Shown in pieces: positions 24,501 to 35,871 of a DNA stretch of 64,000 nt. Position 1 is the stretch's first letter, and each line of letters starts with the position of its first letter. The position numbers and the translations under genes are program-made. The notes beneath the pieces were generated by a model. The model saw only the letters and a program-made list of their open reading frames with translations. It ran no database searches and was not told the DNA's origin. The DNA is from Macrostomum lignano (lineage: Eukaryota): the NCBI GenBank assembly GCA_002269645.1, contig NIVC01000365.1, positions 496,001 to 560,000 of the forward strand, given 5' to 3'.

Positions 24501-27500
24501 GGGGCACTGGCTTAGTCAGGTGGGGCACTGGCTGAGTCAGGTGGGACACTGGCTGAGTCAGGTGGGGCACTGGCTAATGGCCGCTCACTTGGTGGCGAAG
24601 GCGGCCTCCAGCGCCTCAAGCGTGGCCGTGTTGCCCATGGACTCCAGCCGGTCAATCCAGGCCACAGCGGCGTGGCAGCTGTCCTCCTCGGCGGGCTCCA
24701 GGCCGGGGCTCCAGGCGCGCAGGCCGCTGCTGAAGGCGATGAGATTGAAAGCCACCCGGAACTTGTACAGCTGCTCCCAGACCAGCGCCTTGAGCGCCAG
24801 TTTCAGCTCCTCCATGTACGGCGCCATCGAGCCAGAGACGTCGACAAGGAAGACCGCCCGGGTCTCCACCACGACGCCGAAGAGCCGCCGGCTGCCTGAC
24901 AGCAGCCAGTGCAGCCGCTGCAGGTAGCGCTTCAGCGCACGGACGCATTCCGCATCGTAGGACTGCAGCTCCACGGGCGTGTACTGCAGGTGCTTGGTGA
25001 CGCCTCTCACGTTCACCGTGGGGAACAGGCCGCTGCAGTACTTGGCCGACACCGTCTTGCCCAGCGGCTTCACCAGCTTCTCCTCGTGCCGGCAGTCCGG
25101 CCCGGAGACCAGGCGGTACAGGTCCAGGCCCAGCTTGGCCAGGCTGTACCGCTTGAACCAGGCCTTGGACGTCACCTGGTCCTCCTTGTCCGGGATCTCC
25201 GCCCGGCCCACCGCCTTGCGGACGGACTTGCCGCCCTGGTAGTCGGAGATCACCTGGCCCTTGCGGTTCCGCTCGCCCGTGTAGAAGGCCGACTTCACGC
25301 AGCGCCGGTTCAGGCGGACGCTCTCGAGCGGCTCCGCCTTGACGGAACTGGCGGCACCCGGCCGCAGGCCGAGCGCCTTCGGCACCGGCGGCTCAGAGTC
25401 CAGCGCGTCGCGCACGAACGACTGTCGGGCCAGGCTTTTCGCCGTCGGCTTCGGTGGAGGCAGCGCCTTCGGCTTGGCGCCGCCTCCCCCGCCTCCGCCG
25501 CCGTCGCCTCCGCCGCCGCCATCGGGATCGTCGTCGCCACCGGACTCCGGGCCGCTGCCCCCGCCAAGGGCCTTGGGGTATTTGTCGGGGAACATCTCCT
25601 CGTACTTGGAGCGGACGGCATCGATGAGCGTCTTCGCCCGGCGCGAGAAATTCACGGCCTTGTCGATCTCCGACATGATAAGCCGGATGTCGTCGGACTC
25701 GATGATGCCGGTCTCGCGGAACCAGTGGAACCGGCCGCCGGTGCAGTGCGCCAGGAAGCGCAGCGAGTCGGCGGTCTTGGTGATGCTGGCGTACCTGCCG
25801 GGGATGGCGCCGTCCTTGTCGTAGTCATCCACGTTGAACAGCACGCAGTGCAGCCGCAGGTCCCGGCCGACGGCCTTCTCCTCGAGGTAGGCGCTCACCT
25901 GGAATAGTTTGTTGCGTGGAGTGGAGGAGAAGTAGCGGACTGCCAAGCGCACTTCCAAAACACACCAGTCAGCCCAGTGCCTGGCACCCCAGCCAGCTCC
26001 AAAACACCCCAGCCCGGTGCCTGACTGACACCCAGCCAGCTCCAAAACACACCAACCCGGTGCCTGACTGACACCCAGCCAGCTCCAAAACACCTCAGCC
26101 CGGTGCCTGACACCCCAGCCAGCTCCAAAACACCTCAGCCCGGTGCCTGACACCCCAGCCAGCTATCAGTCACTGCAGCCCCAGATCCTCAGCGGCAATC
26201 AGGCTCGAATATCCTAATCCGAAACTCACCTGCTCGGCGCCCTGGTCCGGAATGCCCGAGGTGAACAGGTACAGGCCCTCCGGGTACACGCGGTGCTTCT
26301 CCTCCTCCTCGTTCTCCAGCACCTTCCGCAGGGCGCCCAGCAGGTTGCGTGAGCCGGCGCACTCGAGTCCCAGAATCCACTTCCAGCCGGCCTGCAGCGA
26401 GGCCTCGCTGACCTTGACCATGGTTTTGCTGAAGAAGCGAACCTCACTACCGAACGCAACCAAGTTGAAGTAGTCTTTGTTCGACATCTGCTGCTCCATC
26501 AGCATCCGCATGGAGTGCTGGATGTGCACCAGGTAGTTCACGTTGGCCGCCGACATGTCCAGCAGGAAGAGCATGTTCCTCTCCACGATGGTGCCGAAGA
26601 TCTTCCTGCTGGAGCTGGCCAGCCAGTTGATGCGCTGCTCGTACAGCTTCACCAGGTGGCCCAGCTGCTTCTGGTACTCGAACAGCTGCGCCAGGTCCAC
26701 GTGTACATTCTTCACCGAGCCGTCGTGCCAGGGGAACTGGGCCATGACCTTCTCGTGCACCTGAGATTGCACCGTCTTGCGGATGATCGGGACGAAGCCC
26801 TCGCAGTAGGAGTAGGCGTTGGGCGCGAGGATCTGGTACAGGTCCATCTTGTTGGCCTTCAGCCCGTTCTCCATCAGCCAGTCGATGCTGCTGGCCGGCT
26901 GGAACTTGGCCGGCTCCACCTTCAGCGGCTCGTCATGGCCGGGCGGCCGGGGCAGGAAGCGGGACTGCGGCAGCTTGTCGACCTCCATGCTGATCTCGTT
27001 CATGATGCTGACCAGGGTGCTGTCCAGCATCCCCTGCCGCATCTCGCCGATCTTCTTCAGCACCTCCTGGGTGGTGTCGATCTCTTGCAGCAGGCCGCTG
27101 ATGTCCGATGAAGCGTAGATGAGCTCGTCCGAGGTGGCCGAGTAGCAGTGGAAGCGGCCGCCGGTGACCTCGGCGAGGCGGCGCAGGCCGGAGTTGCTGA
27201 TCTGGCTGGCGCAGTCGAAGGCCACGGTGTGCAGCCGAAGGTCGCGCCCGGCGCTCAGCTGGAGGGCGAAGTCTTCGAGAATGTCGGCCGGCTGATCCGG
27301 CGTGGAGCCTACGACGATGAGAATGGAGTCAACGCCGCGGAGTCTGGAGAGATGGCGCAGCGCCTTGAGCAGGTTGCAACCGCCGGCAGCCTGCGATGGC
27401 GAGGTCAATTCGGGTCAAAGCTCAGTGCTTATTTAAAAACTGGCAGTGAGTTTTACAATGCTGTTGGGTAGCGTTTGACATTTTTTCAACCGTTTATTCG

Positions 27501-29618
27501 TTACGAAGCGACTTTTATCAATTGTGCAAAACCCTTGCTGTGTTTTCAGCAACGACTTGTCAATGAGACTTGCAGTACGACACATCAATACAGGTGCTAA
27601 GGCATATCCAGACAAGTTCTAGGACACATCAAGACAGGCACTAAGACACATCCAGACAGGCACTAAGACACATCCAGACAGGCACTAAGACACATCCAGA
27701 CAGGCACTAAGACACATCCAGACAGGCACTAAGACACATCCAGACAGGCACTAAGATCCAAGGCATGCTGAGACGGAATCCAAGTTCGTTGGTGTACTCA
27801 ACGAATTCTTCGGAAACGGCCTAAAAACTTGTTCGATCAGCATTTTTCCATTCTAAATGAGCAATTCGGAATCGAGCCCCTGTCCTCACCTGTCTGGTCA
27901 TGGCGAACATCTTGGCCTCCTCCAGAGTTCTGCAGTTGACGTCCATGACGTTCGGCCAGAGCAGCTGCAACTCCGTACCGAAGGACATCATGTACACAGA
28001 CTGCTTGCTGGACAACTGCTCGTCGATGAGGTGCAGCAGCGCCTGCTGGAGTGTCTCAGCCCGGCCGAAGCTCATGTTGGCGTCCGAGCAGTCTACGCAG
28101 ACGGCGACCCGCTCGCCTTGGACGAGGCCGAACAGCTTCCTGGAGCCGCGGAGGCACCACTTGATGCGCTCGGTGTAAGCCTGCACGGCTTGGTGCAGCC
28201 GGTACTCGAACTGGATGACGTCGGCCGCGTCAAACTGCAGGTGCGGCATCGGCTTGCCGGTCTCCGCGTCCGGCTTCGGCTTGGTCAGCTTGCCGAGCTG
28301 CACGAGGTCCTTCACGGTGAGGCGCAGGGCCTCCACGCTGTGCCTCTGCAGCCACTCCTGGGTGCTCTGCTGCTCGGCGGCGCCAACCTCCAGTCCGGAG
28401 ACGCGCAGCAGGTCGTGCGTCTGGTCGATCTGCGTCACCATCAGCTCGTGCGGCGGCACGAGTTGGCCGTGGGCACCGGGCGCCAGCGGGCGGCCCCCTG
28501 CGGAGCAGCGTAGGCGGGCATTCGATAAAGTGTTCGCAAAGACTTATTCATCATGGGGATCGATCCCTGAGGGATGATTTATCTGAAGCATTTTCTTTAA
28601 ATGAACCAACAAGTTGAATGGCGTTCAGCCCAAGTTTCTCACCTGGACATCGTCCCGCAGCAGCTTCTCGCCTTCGTACTTTGCGTTGGTGTTGCGCATG
28701 AGGAACATGTTGAGCGCCTCCAGCATGGCCTGCTGCTCCTGGCCGCTGCTCCGCTCACCGCGATCCAGGGCAACGCGCATCAGCCCCGGCTCCGGCTTCT
28801 TGCCGGGCGTCGGCTTCTTCTGTCGCTGGTGACGGCGCCAGCTCGCGTCATCTTCCTCTTCGTCATCTTCTTCCTCCTCCTCCTCTTCCTCGTCCTCTTC
28901 CTCGAACAAGTCATCGGGTTCCGCCGCCTCATCTTCTGCGCGATCCGACAAATTAAAACAAACAATACGTTATTTACGCTCGTACTAGTTTAATTATTTT
29001 TAACAGTAAAAGTAATTTAATGACAAAAGTTTCTGGACATAGGTGTATGTGCTCAATTAGCAGTTTTAGTTATTCTATATTTAAAATCCGGTCCTTCACT
29101 GTATGCTTCTTTCGATTGAAGTACATTTTAGGTAGAAGTTCATGCAATGCTCAATATTTTTTATCAATACGACCAAAATGTTATGCAAATAGATTAAAAG
29201 CATTAAAACATTAGAATATTGCAAAAGCCTGTAGCAAAGATAGTGTATTAATATTTCAATTTTCCTAAAAGTTACTTAAATTTCGACTTATACAAGTACA
29301 CTATGTTGGCTTAAAATGCAAGAAAAATCGAGCAGAGAAAGTATCATTTTTTGCTGTAAATTTATGCTTAAGCTTAAATAGTCATGAAATAAATAGATAA
29401 AGTCTATAAATAATATAATTAAAAGGAAATGTTTCAATGTATCCATGTAGATATGCTATGCCTACTAGTAAAATAAGTTTCAGGTTTATAGATTTTATAT
29501 TATTTATATATTAACTCGTAAAGAGGTTATATATAAGGTGTGAAGGTTTAAGAAAACAAAAAAGCTAAAAAAGTAAAAAACGGTTACCTGCTCTCCTTGC
29601 TGCTTGGCGTCGAAGCAT
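21511..29618 (-). CDS. VWA3A: von Willebrand factor A domain-containing protein 3A
   Basis: Exons 29618-29588, 28935-28643, ~28497-27890, 27390-26230, 25898-24589 and 21951-21511; all junctions are in phase except exon 2/3. Three VWA modules with the SRRLFG..VFLVDVSGSM and AIYLLTDGKPD..HTISFNC..LASETGGRYH signature. Confidence 0.88.
22000..24405. repeat. 21/24-bp minisatellite (ACAGGTGAGGAACTGGCTGAT[GAT]) in the last VWA3A intron
   Basis: About 100 copies; length variants differ by a GAT triplet. Confidence 0.95.
24405..24575. repeat. 21-bp minisatellite (CTGGCTGAGTCAGGTGGGGCA) abutting the previous array
   Basis: 8 copies sharing CTGGCTGA and CAGGTG with the neighbouring array. Confidence 0.9.
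25960..26165. repeat. ~36-40-bp minisatellite in a VWA3A intron
   Basis: About 5 copies of CCCGGTGCCTGAC..CCCAGCCAGCTCCAAAACAC. Confidence 0.85.
27620..27755. repeat. 22-bp minisatellite in a VWA3A intron
   Basis: About 6 copies of GACACATCCAGACAGGCACTAA. Confidence 0.9.
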
Positions 29619-31611
29619 TTTCAGTACGGGAATACGAACAAAGCTCCGTGTTAAGCTAAAAATATTTGACCTGACGCTAACACTAACGAATTTCAATATG
29701 CATTCATTTAACGAACGTCAAAATTATGCTACTATTGATGCTAAATTGAAGAAATCATATTTCTATGGAATACAAATATGCAACGCAAAAAACCTGGACT
29801 AAAACAACTATGATCACATTTAATAAATATTATCTTTAATTTTTAAAATATTTTTACGAAAAAGTTAAATAATAAAGCTAGCACTTATTACTTTTGTTTA
29901 ATTCGTTTGTCATTAACGGTGTTTAACTTTAGGTTCCAGCTTGCAGTACTTGTAACAAAACTGCTAAGTTAAACCGATTATGATTGTTTTTATAAAAAAT
30001 TATGTCGTTTATCGAAAGGATCTTTAATGCCGAAATCAATTGAGCCCTCCAATTTACACGCCTTAATTAATTATTTAATATAAATGGAGAGACGAAAAAA
30101 ACGAAAGTGTCTGGCATGAGAAATTATTATGATTAAAAATATTGGTTCGTGGTTGGAATCTCTTGACAGTGTAAAAAAGCATTTTTTGTTCCAGCCTGGC
30201 AGTGAAAACATATATATAGGGACAAAGAGGAAACATGCATATCACAGATTACATGCATGTTTACTTTAAGCTGACCATGCGCGATTGCTCGAATTATTCG
30301 ATATTATACATTTCAAAGACGAATTAGCGTACATAAATTTATTGCATGCACACTAACAGCTGTAGTCAAGTATGCTAAAACAGATTTTTTTCTGGATTTG
30401 CTATCCATTTCTGCATTTGTTTATTCATTTATTGTATGCTATTCAAAACGTACGATCAGTAATGATCATTCTTTAATGTTCCTGCATGGCGCTCTTTTTT
30501 ACTTTCAGTAGGCAATCATGGCCTTGAGAATATTAAAATTGAGTGCAACTCGAGAATTGTTGCCCATGCAGCAACTCCCTTTAAGCCACATACTCATACA
30601 TGTATTTATAATTACATGATGATGTATATAGAAGTCCTCACGGTGGGAGAATGCCACACCGTGGACGAGTTAAAATTGCCTTTCCAATGGCTGTGCACTT
30701 TTGCAAGCACATGCTGTCCTCTATCGCTGCGTTTGTTCTAAGCTGTAGCTTCTTTATCTAGTAAGACAAGACTGCTGCGTACGTCTTTTTTAGTTCTCGA
30801 GTTTTCCGCTTGCCAGTCTGCATGGCTTGTTGCTGCCAGAGAATTTCGCAAAAAGCATGCAGCTGCTTTCTCCGACTGCAGCTGTGTTGTAAAATTGTAA
30901 ACTGAAAAACCGGAGTTGTAGAGTTTCAATTCAGAGTTCCGACCTGCAACGTGCGACCTCCGACGCTGCCTTCTAAAAGACCCTTAAGGCGTATATTTGT
31001 TTTAGTTGTATGTAATTGAGTTATAATTGCAATGCGCATCTGGTTTCTTGCCGCACAATTGTTCCGTTGGCTTTGGCAGCCACGAACTCTTTGCGGAGCG
31101 GCACTGTAGGCGGTTGAATAGTTTATGAAACCCAAGTTGAGCCCAAGGTCGCAGTCGCTCCACTAGCTCAAATGATGCCATTCAGAATCGAGATTTTCTT
31201 TCGCTGCAAGAAAGAACAAGCGCGATGTCCACACGGAGCAACTGCATGAATGAGCTGACAGGTGGGCGCTTGGGCTCGCTGCTTTAATACTGTTCTTCTC
31301 TTGCTCAATTATGCTATAAGCCGAGGCCGATGTTAAACTCGGGTCTCATCTCGAGAAAGGCAAGCAACAACAACGCGACGATGAGTGCCGAGTGCGGCGA
31401 GCAGACTTGAGTCAAGCGCTCATTAAAAAGGCTTCCCAATAGAGCAGTCATACCGCGCTGAGATAATTCCTTACAGTGTTATTTTTAGAAAGCGAAACGG
31501 ACTGCATATTAAGCTGCTTTTCAATAAAAGTACAGAATCGCATTTCACGAACATAGCTCGTACTCAGAGTATCAGATATGAGTTAGAACTGCAGGGACTA
31601 AAGTGGCACCC

Positions 31612-32215
31612 GGTAACCAAAGCGTCACTCAGGAACCAAAGCGTCACTCAGGAACCAAAGCGTCACTCAGGAACCAAAGCGTCACTCAGGAACCAAAGCG
31701 TCACTCAGGAACCAAAGCGTCACTCAGGAACCAAAGCGACACTCAGGAACCAAAGCGTCACTCAGAAACCAAAGCGTCACTCAGGAACCAAAGCGTCGCT
31801 CAGGAACCAAAGCGTCACTCAGGAACCAAAGCGTCGCTCAGGAACCAAAGCGTCACTCAGGAACCAAAGCGTCACTCAGGAACCAAAGCGTCACTCAGAA
31901 ACCAAAGCGTCACTCAGGAACCAAAGCGTCGCTCAGGAACCAAAGCGTCACTCAGGAACCAAAGCGTCGCTCAGGAACCAAAACGTCACTCAGAAACCAA
32001 AGCGTCACTCAGGAACCAAAGCGTCACTCAGGAACCAAAGCGTCACTCAGGAACCAAAGCGTCACTCAGGAACCAAAGCGTCGTTCAGGAACCAAAGCGT
32101 CACTCAGGAACCAAAGCGTCACGATCAGGATTTGCAACCAAAGCGACACTCAGGAACCAAAGCGTCACGATCAGGATTTGGAACCATAGCGTCGCTCAGG
32201 AACCAAAGCGTCACC
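31612..32215. repeat. 19-bp intergenic minisatellite (AACCAAAGCGTCACTCAGG)
   Basis: About 30 copies; the unit is not a multiple of 3. Confidence 0.95.
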
Positions 32216-32385
32216 CAGAGAGCGCATTCATTAACAGCTAAAAGTGTCAGAGGCGCAGGTGCAGCATTCACAGAAGTACAATATTACAGAAAACATACGA
32301 GTACGTGGTTAAAAATGTGCAGTTGGAATACTAATCGAAGAGTAGGTGGGCAAAAGCACAGCTTTGCAGTGAATACTATAGCGCA

Positions 32386-33913
32386 TCAGGCGCGGAGTCC
32401 AGGCAGGCAGCAGGCGATGGCCAGAGCGACGACCACCTGGCGAAGGTCGATCGCCGGCCTGGTGCCGCTGTTGCAATAGCTGCGGTCCCGGCAGCAGCTG
32501 TAGCAGGTCTGCCCGGCGTTATCGCAGAGATCGCGGGCGGTCGACTGCGGCTGGCGGGCGCACGTGGTGGTGTCCATGCAGCCCTGAGATTGCATAGTTT
32601 GGCGAATGAGATTGAGACATATAATGGTGCTGCTGTTGGAGTGACCAGGTAGGTGAGGAAGTGCTTGAAGGGATTGTATATAGATGGAGGAGTGATCAGG
32701 TACTGTATGTAGGCGGAGGAGTGATCAGGTGGAGGAGTGATCAGGTGGAGGAGTGATCAGGTGGAGGAGTGATCAGGTGGAGGAGTGATCAGGTGGAGGA
32801 GTGATCAGGTGGAAGAGTGATCAGGTGGAGGAGTGATCAGGTGGAGGAGTGATCAGGTGGAGGAGTGATCAGGTTGAGGAGTGATCAGGTGGAGGAGTGA
32901 TCAGGTGGAGGAGTGATCAGGTGGAGGAGTGATCAGGTGGAGGAGTGATCAGGTGGAGGAGTGATCAGGTGGAGAAGTGATCAGGTATTGTATACAGGTG
33001 GAGGAGTTATCAGGTACTGTAGGTGATGGAGAGATCAGGTACTGCATGTAGGTGGAGTGATCAAGTGAAGCAAGAAGCAGTCGGGGATGCGAGTTGATTT
33101 CACAAAATTTGATCGCATCCTCACCATGGAATATTTCTCAACCACCCCTGTCATTGAGCCGGCTGTCTCTGCCTTGTAGCAGGACTCGCTGCCGGAGCAG
33201 GTCTCAGTGCGCGAAAGGCAGACGCTGAGGTCGCGGGAGTTGCTGCACTTGTAGCAAGTCAGGCCGTCAGCAGTCTGCCCATCTGGAGGCATACATATTC
33301 AGCGAGGAGAGCGCGAGATATGCATGTGCAGGCCGGCAAACAGTCCCAGACCTCCGCTCACTCTCCACTGCTGTTCTTGAAGCAGACAGGGGTAGAAATG
33401 CTTCTGGGGGCTCGGCCGGAGAGAGGTTGAAAAGTAGGAAACGAGAAACATGGCTGGAGGGGATACCTGGCTGAGCAGAGGCTGGGGTTTGGTCGCATTG
33501 TCACGTGACAGAGGATGGCCCGTTGTATGAAGGTGGGCGATTCCTGAATAATTAATTCGCCTGCTATAAAACCGCAGCTGTGTTTGCACTGCTCTACAGG
33601 CTTGAGCAGTTGTTTTGAAACTTAGCTTGCCGCAATTCAGCTGCTCAGCCTCATCAGCCCATCAGAATTTCAGAGAGGCTGATGATGAGGCGGTGTGAAG
33701 TTTGATGGAAGAGAGAAGCCACGTCTAGAATAGCAGGCACTGTTTCACAGCGAGCATCATGAAAACGAGTCCTCATCCAGGTGAATTAAAGCGGCAACAT
33801 GCAGCTCTGTATATTGGCCATGGGGTTCCGTACTCACGGCAGAGAAGGGCCATCGATGCCAGAATGAGCAGCGGCAGCAGCGCACAGCCAGACGCCTCAT
33901 CGACCACTCTCAT
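32386..33913 (-). CDS. GPI-anchored Ly6/uPAR (three-finger) protein, quiver/sleepless-like
   Basis: Exons 33913-33838 (signal peptide MRVVDEASGCALLPLLILASMALLC, donor GTGAGT), 33282-33125 and 32583-32386 are in phase. LTCYKC start, CCRDRSYCN end, 12 Cys, hydrophobic C-terminal GPI signal. Confidence 0.85.
32685..33065. repeat. 16-bp minisatellite (GGAGGAGTGATCAGGT) in the Ly6 intron
   Basis: About 18 core copies with degenerate flanks. Confidence 0.95.
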
Positions 33914-34558
33914 CCGGAGCCTCTTCAGCCGCAGCGCTATTAGGCAGCTAAAACTTGAGACCGAATTCCAAAATATGAGTCGTTGGCTTATGCAGGTTTC
34001 AGTGCGCTCAGAGCATTTGTGAGCAGCGCGCCGGTGCAGGGGTCTATAAAGTCTCTCCTCTCCAAAACTGCCATTTGCTTTCTCATTGGCTCAGTGCATT
34101 AAAGCTCCCTGTAAACACTTCTCCCTGTGAGCACAGCTCAGTCCAACCATCGTAGCGCGTACATGAGCTGTGCATGAGCAGTACAATAGACTTTTTGAGT
34201 GCTGTTTGCTTAGCGAATTGTATATCCTCGGGCTGCCTGCTTGCCGCTTAATAAAGGAGGCAACTCGCAATTTCACAGCAGAGATAACGGGCCCTAATCA
34301 TACTGCAGGTAGCAGGCATTGCTGACAGAAAGAGATCTGCAGGAAGCATGAGCCACTTCCAGTGCTGGGCAGAAATTAACTTAGTCGAGAAAAAGAATAC
34401 ACTGTACGAAAACGAAAATTGATGCGAAATAACCGATTCCAAGTTTATTGTTAAAGTTATGAGCAGTGCTCACCTTAAAATTTGTTAATATTAATAATGT
34501 AGTCTAAATCTGCAGTAAAAGCACAAGACAATGGAAAACTGACACCATAAATCATAGA

Positions 34559-35871
34559 TCAGCAGATACCGCAGGAACCACCTTTGCTCCACTCCTTGCC
34601 GCCTCCACCGCTGCTGCTTCCGTGACTGCTCCACTCCTTGCCGCCTCCACCGCTGCTGCTTCCGTGATTGCTCCACTCCTTGCCGCCTCCACTGCTGCTG
34701 CTTCCGTGACTGCTCCACTCCTTGCCGCCTCCACTGCTGCTGTTTCCGTGATTGCTCCACTCCTTGCCGCCTCCACTGCTGCTGTTTCCGTGATTGCTCC
34801 ACTCCTTGCCGCCTCCACCGCTGCTGCTTCCGTGACGGCTCCACTCCTTGCCGCCTCCACCGCTGCTGCTTCCGTGACTGCTCCACTCCTTGCCGCCTCC
34901 ACCGCTGCTGCTTCCGTGACTGCTCCACTCCTTGCCGCCTCCACCGCTGCTGCTTCCGTGACTGCTCCACTCCTTGCCGCCTCCACCGCTGCTGCTTCCG
35001 TGACTGCTCCACTCCTTGCCGCCTCCACCGCTGCTGCTTCCGTGACTGCTCCACTCCTTGCCGCCTCCACCGCTGCTGCTTCCGTGACTGCTCCACTCCT
35101 TGCCGCCTCCACTGCTGCTGTTTCCGTGATTGCTCCACTCCTTGCCGCCTCCACCGCTGCTGCTTCCGTGACGGCTCCACTCCTTGCCGCCTCCACCGCT
35201 GCTGCTTCCGTGACTGCTCCACTCCTTGCCGCCTCCACCGCTGCTGCTTCCGTGACTGCTCCACTCCTTGCCGCCTCCACCGCTACTGCTTCCGTGACGG
35301 CTCCACTCCTTGCCGCCTCCACCGCTGCTGCTTCCGTGATTGCTCCACTCCTTGCCGCCTCCACCGCTGCTGCTTCCGTGACTGCTCCACTCCTTGCCGC
35401 CTCCACCGCTGCTGCTTCCGTGACTGCTCCACTCCTTGCCGCCTCCACCGCTGCTGCTTCCGTGACTGCTCCACTCCTTGCCGCCTCCACCGCTGCTGCT
35501 TCCGTGATTGCTCCACTCCTTGCCGCCTCCACTGCTGCTGCTTCCGTGACTGCTCCACTCCTTTCCTCCTCCACTGCTGCTGTTTCCGTGACGCTCCACT
35601 CCTTGCCGCCTCCACTGCTGCTGCTTCCGTGACTGCTCCACTCCTTTCCTCCTCCACCGCTGCTGCTTCCGTGACTGCTCCACTCCTTGCCGCCTCCACC
35701 GCTGCTGCTTCCGTGACTGCTCCACTCCTTGCCGCCTCCACCGCTGCTGCTTCCGTGACTGCTCCATTCTTTTCCTTCACTGCTGGCTGGATATCCGAAG
35801 GCTTGATCCGTTCCGCAGGCTACAGCAGTCAGACAAAGGACTAGAAGATACAGCCTTAGTCTCTTCGCCAT
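34559..35871 (-). CDS. Candidate secreted Gly/Ser/His/Trp repeat protein: signal peptide + ~28 x EWS(S/N/R)HG(S/N)SS(G/S)GGGK, with a 1-nt frameshift at ~35592
   Basis: ATG at 35871 gives MAKRLRLYLLVLCLTAVACG, in frame with the 42-bp repeat. Several repeat variants are synonymous in this frame (GGC GGC AAG/GGA GGA AAG, AAA GAA/AAG GAG, AGC/AGT). Stop at 34559 if the frameshift is corrected; AATAAA at 34449-34444. Confidence 0.65.

Noticed and set aside
24909-28577. Long + strand ORFs overlapping VWA3A exons
   Set aside because: These are shadow ORFs on the opposite strand of GC3-rich coding sequence
29620-31600. Possible genes or ncRNAs in the VWA3A upstream region
   Set aside because: No supportable ORF, tRNA/rRNA-like or repeat structure was seen by eye
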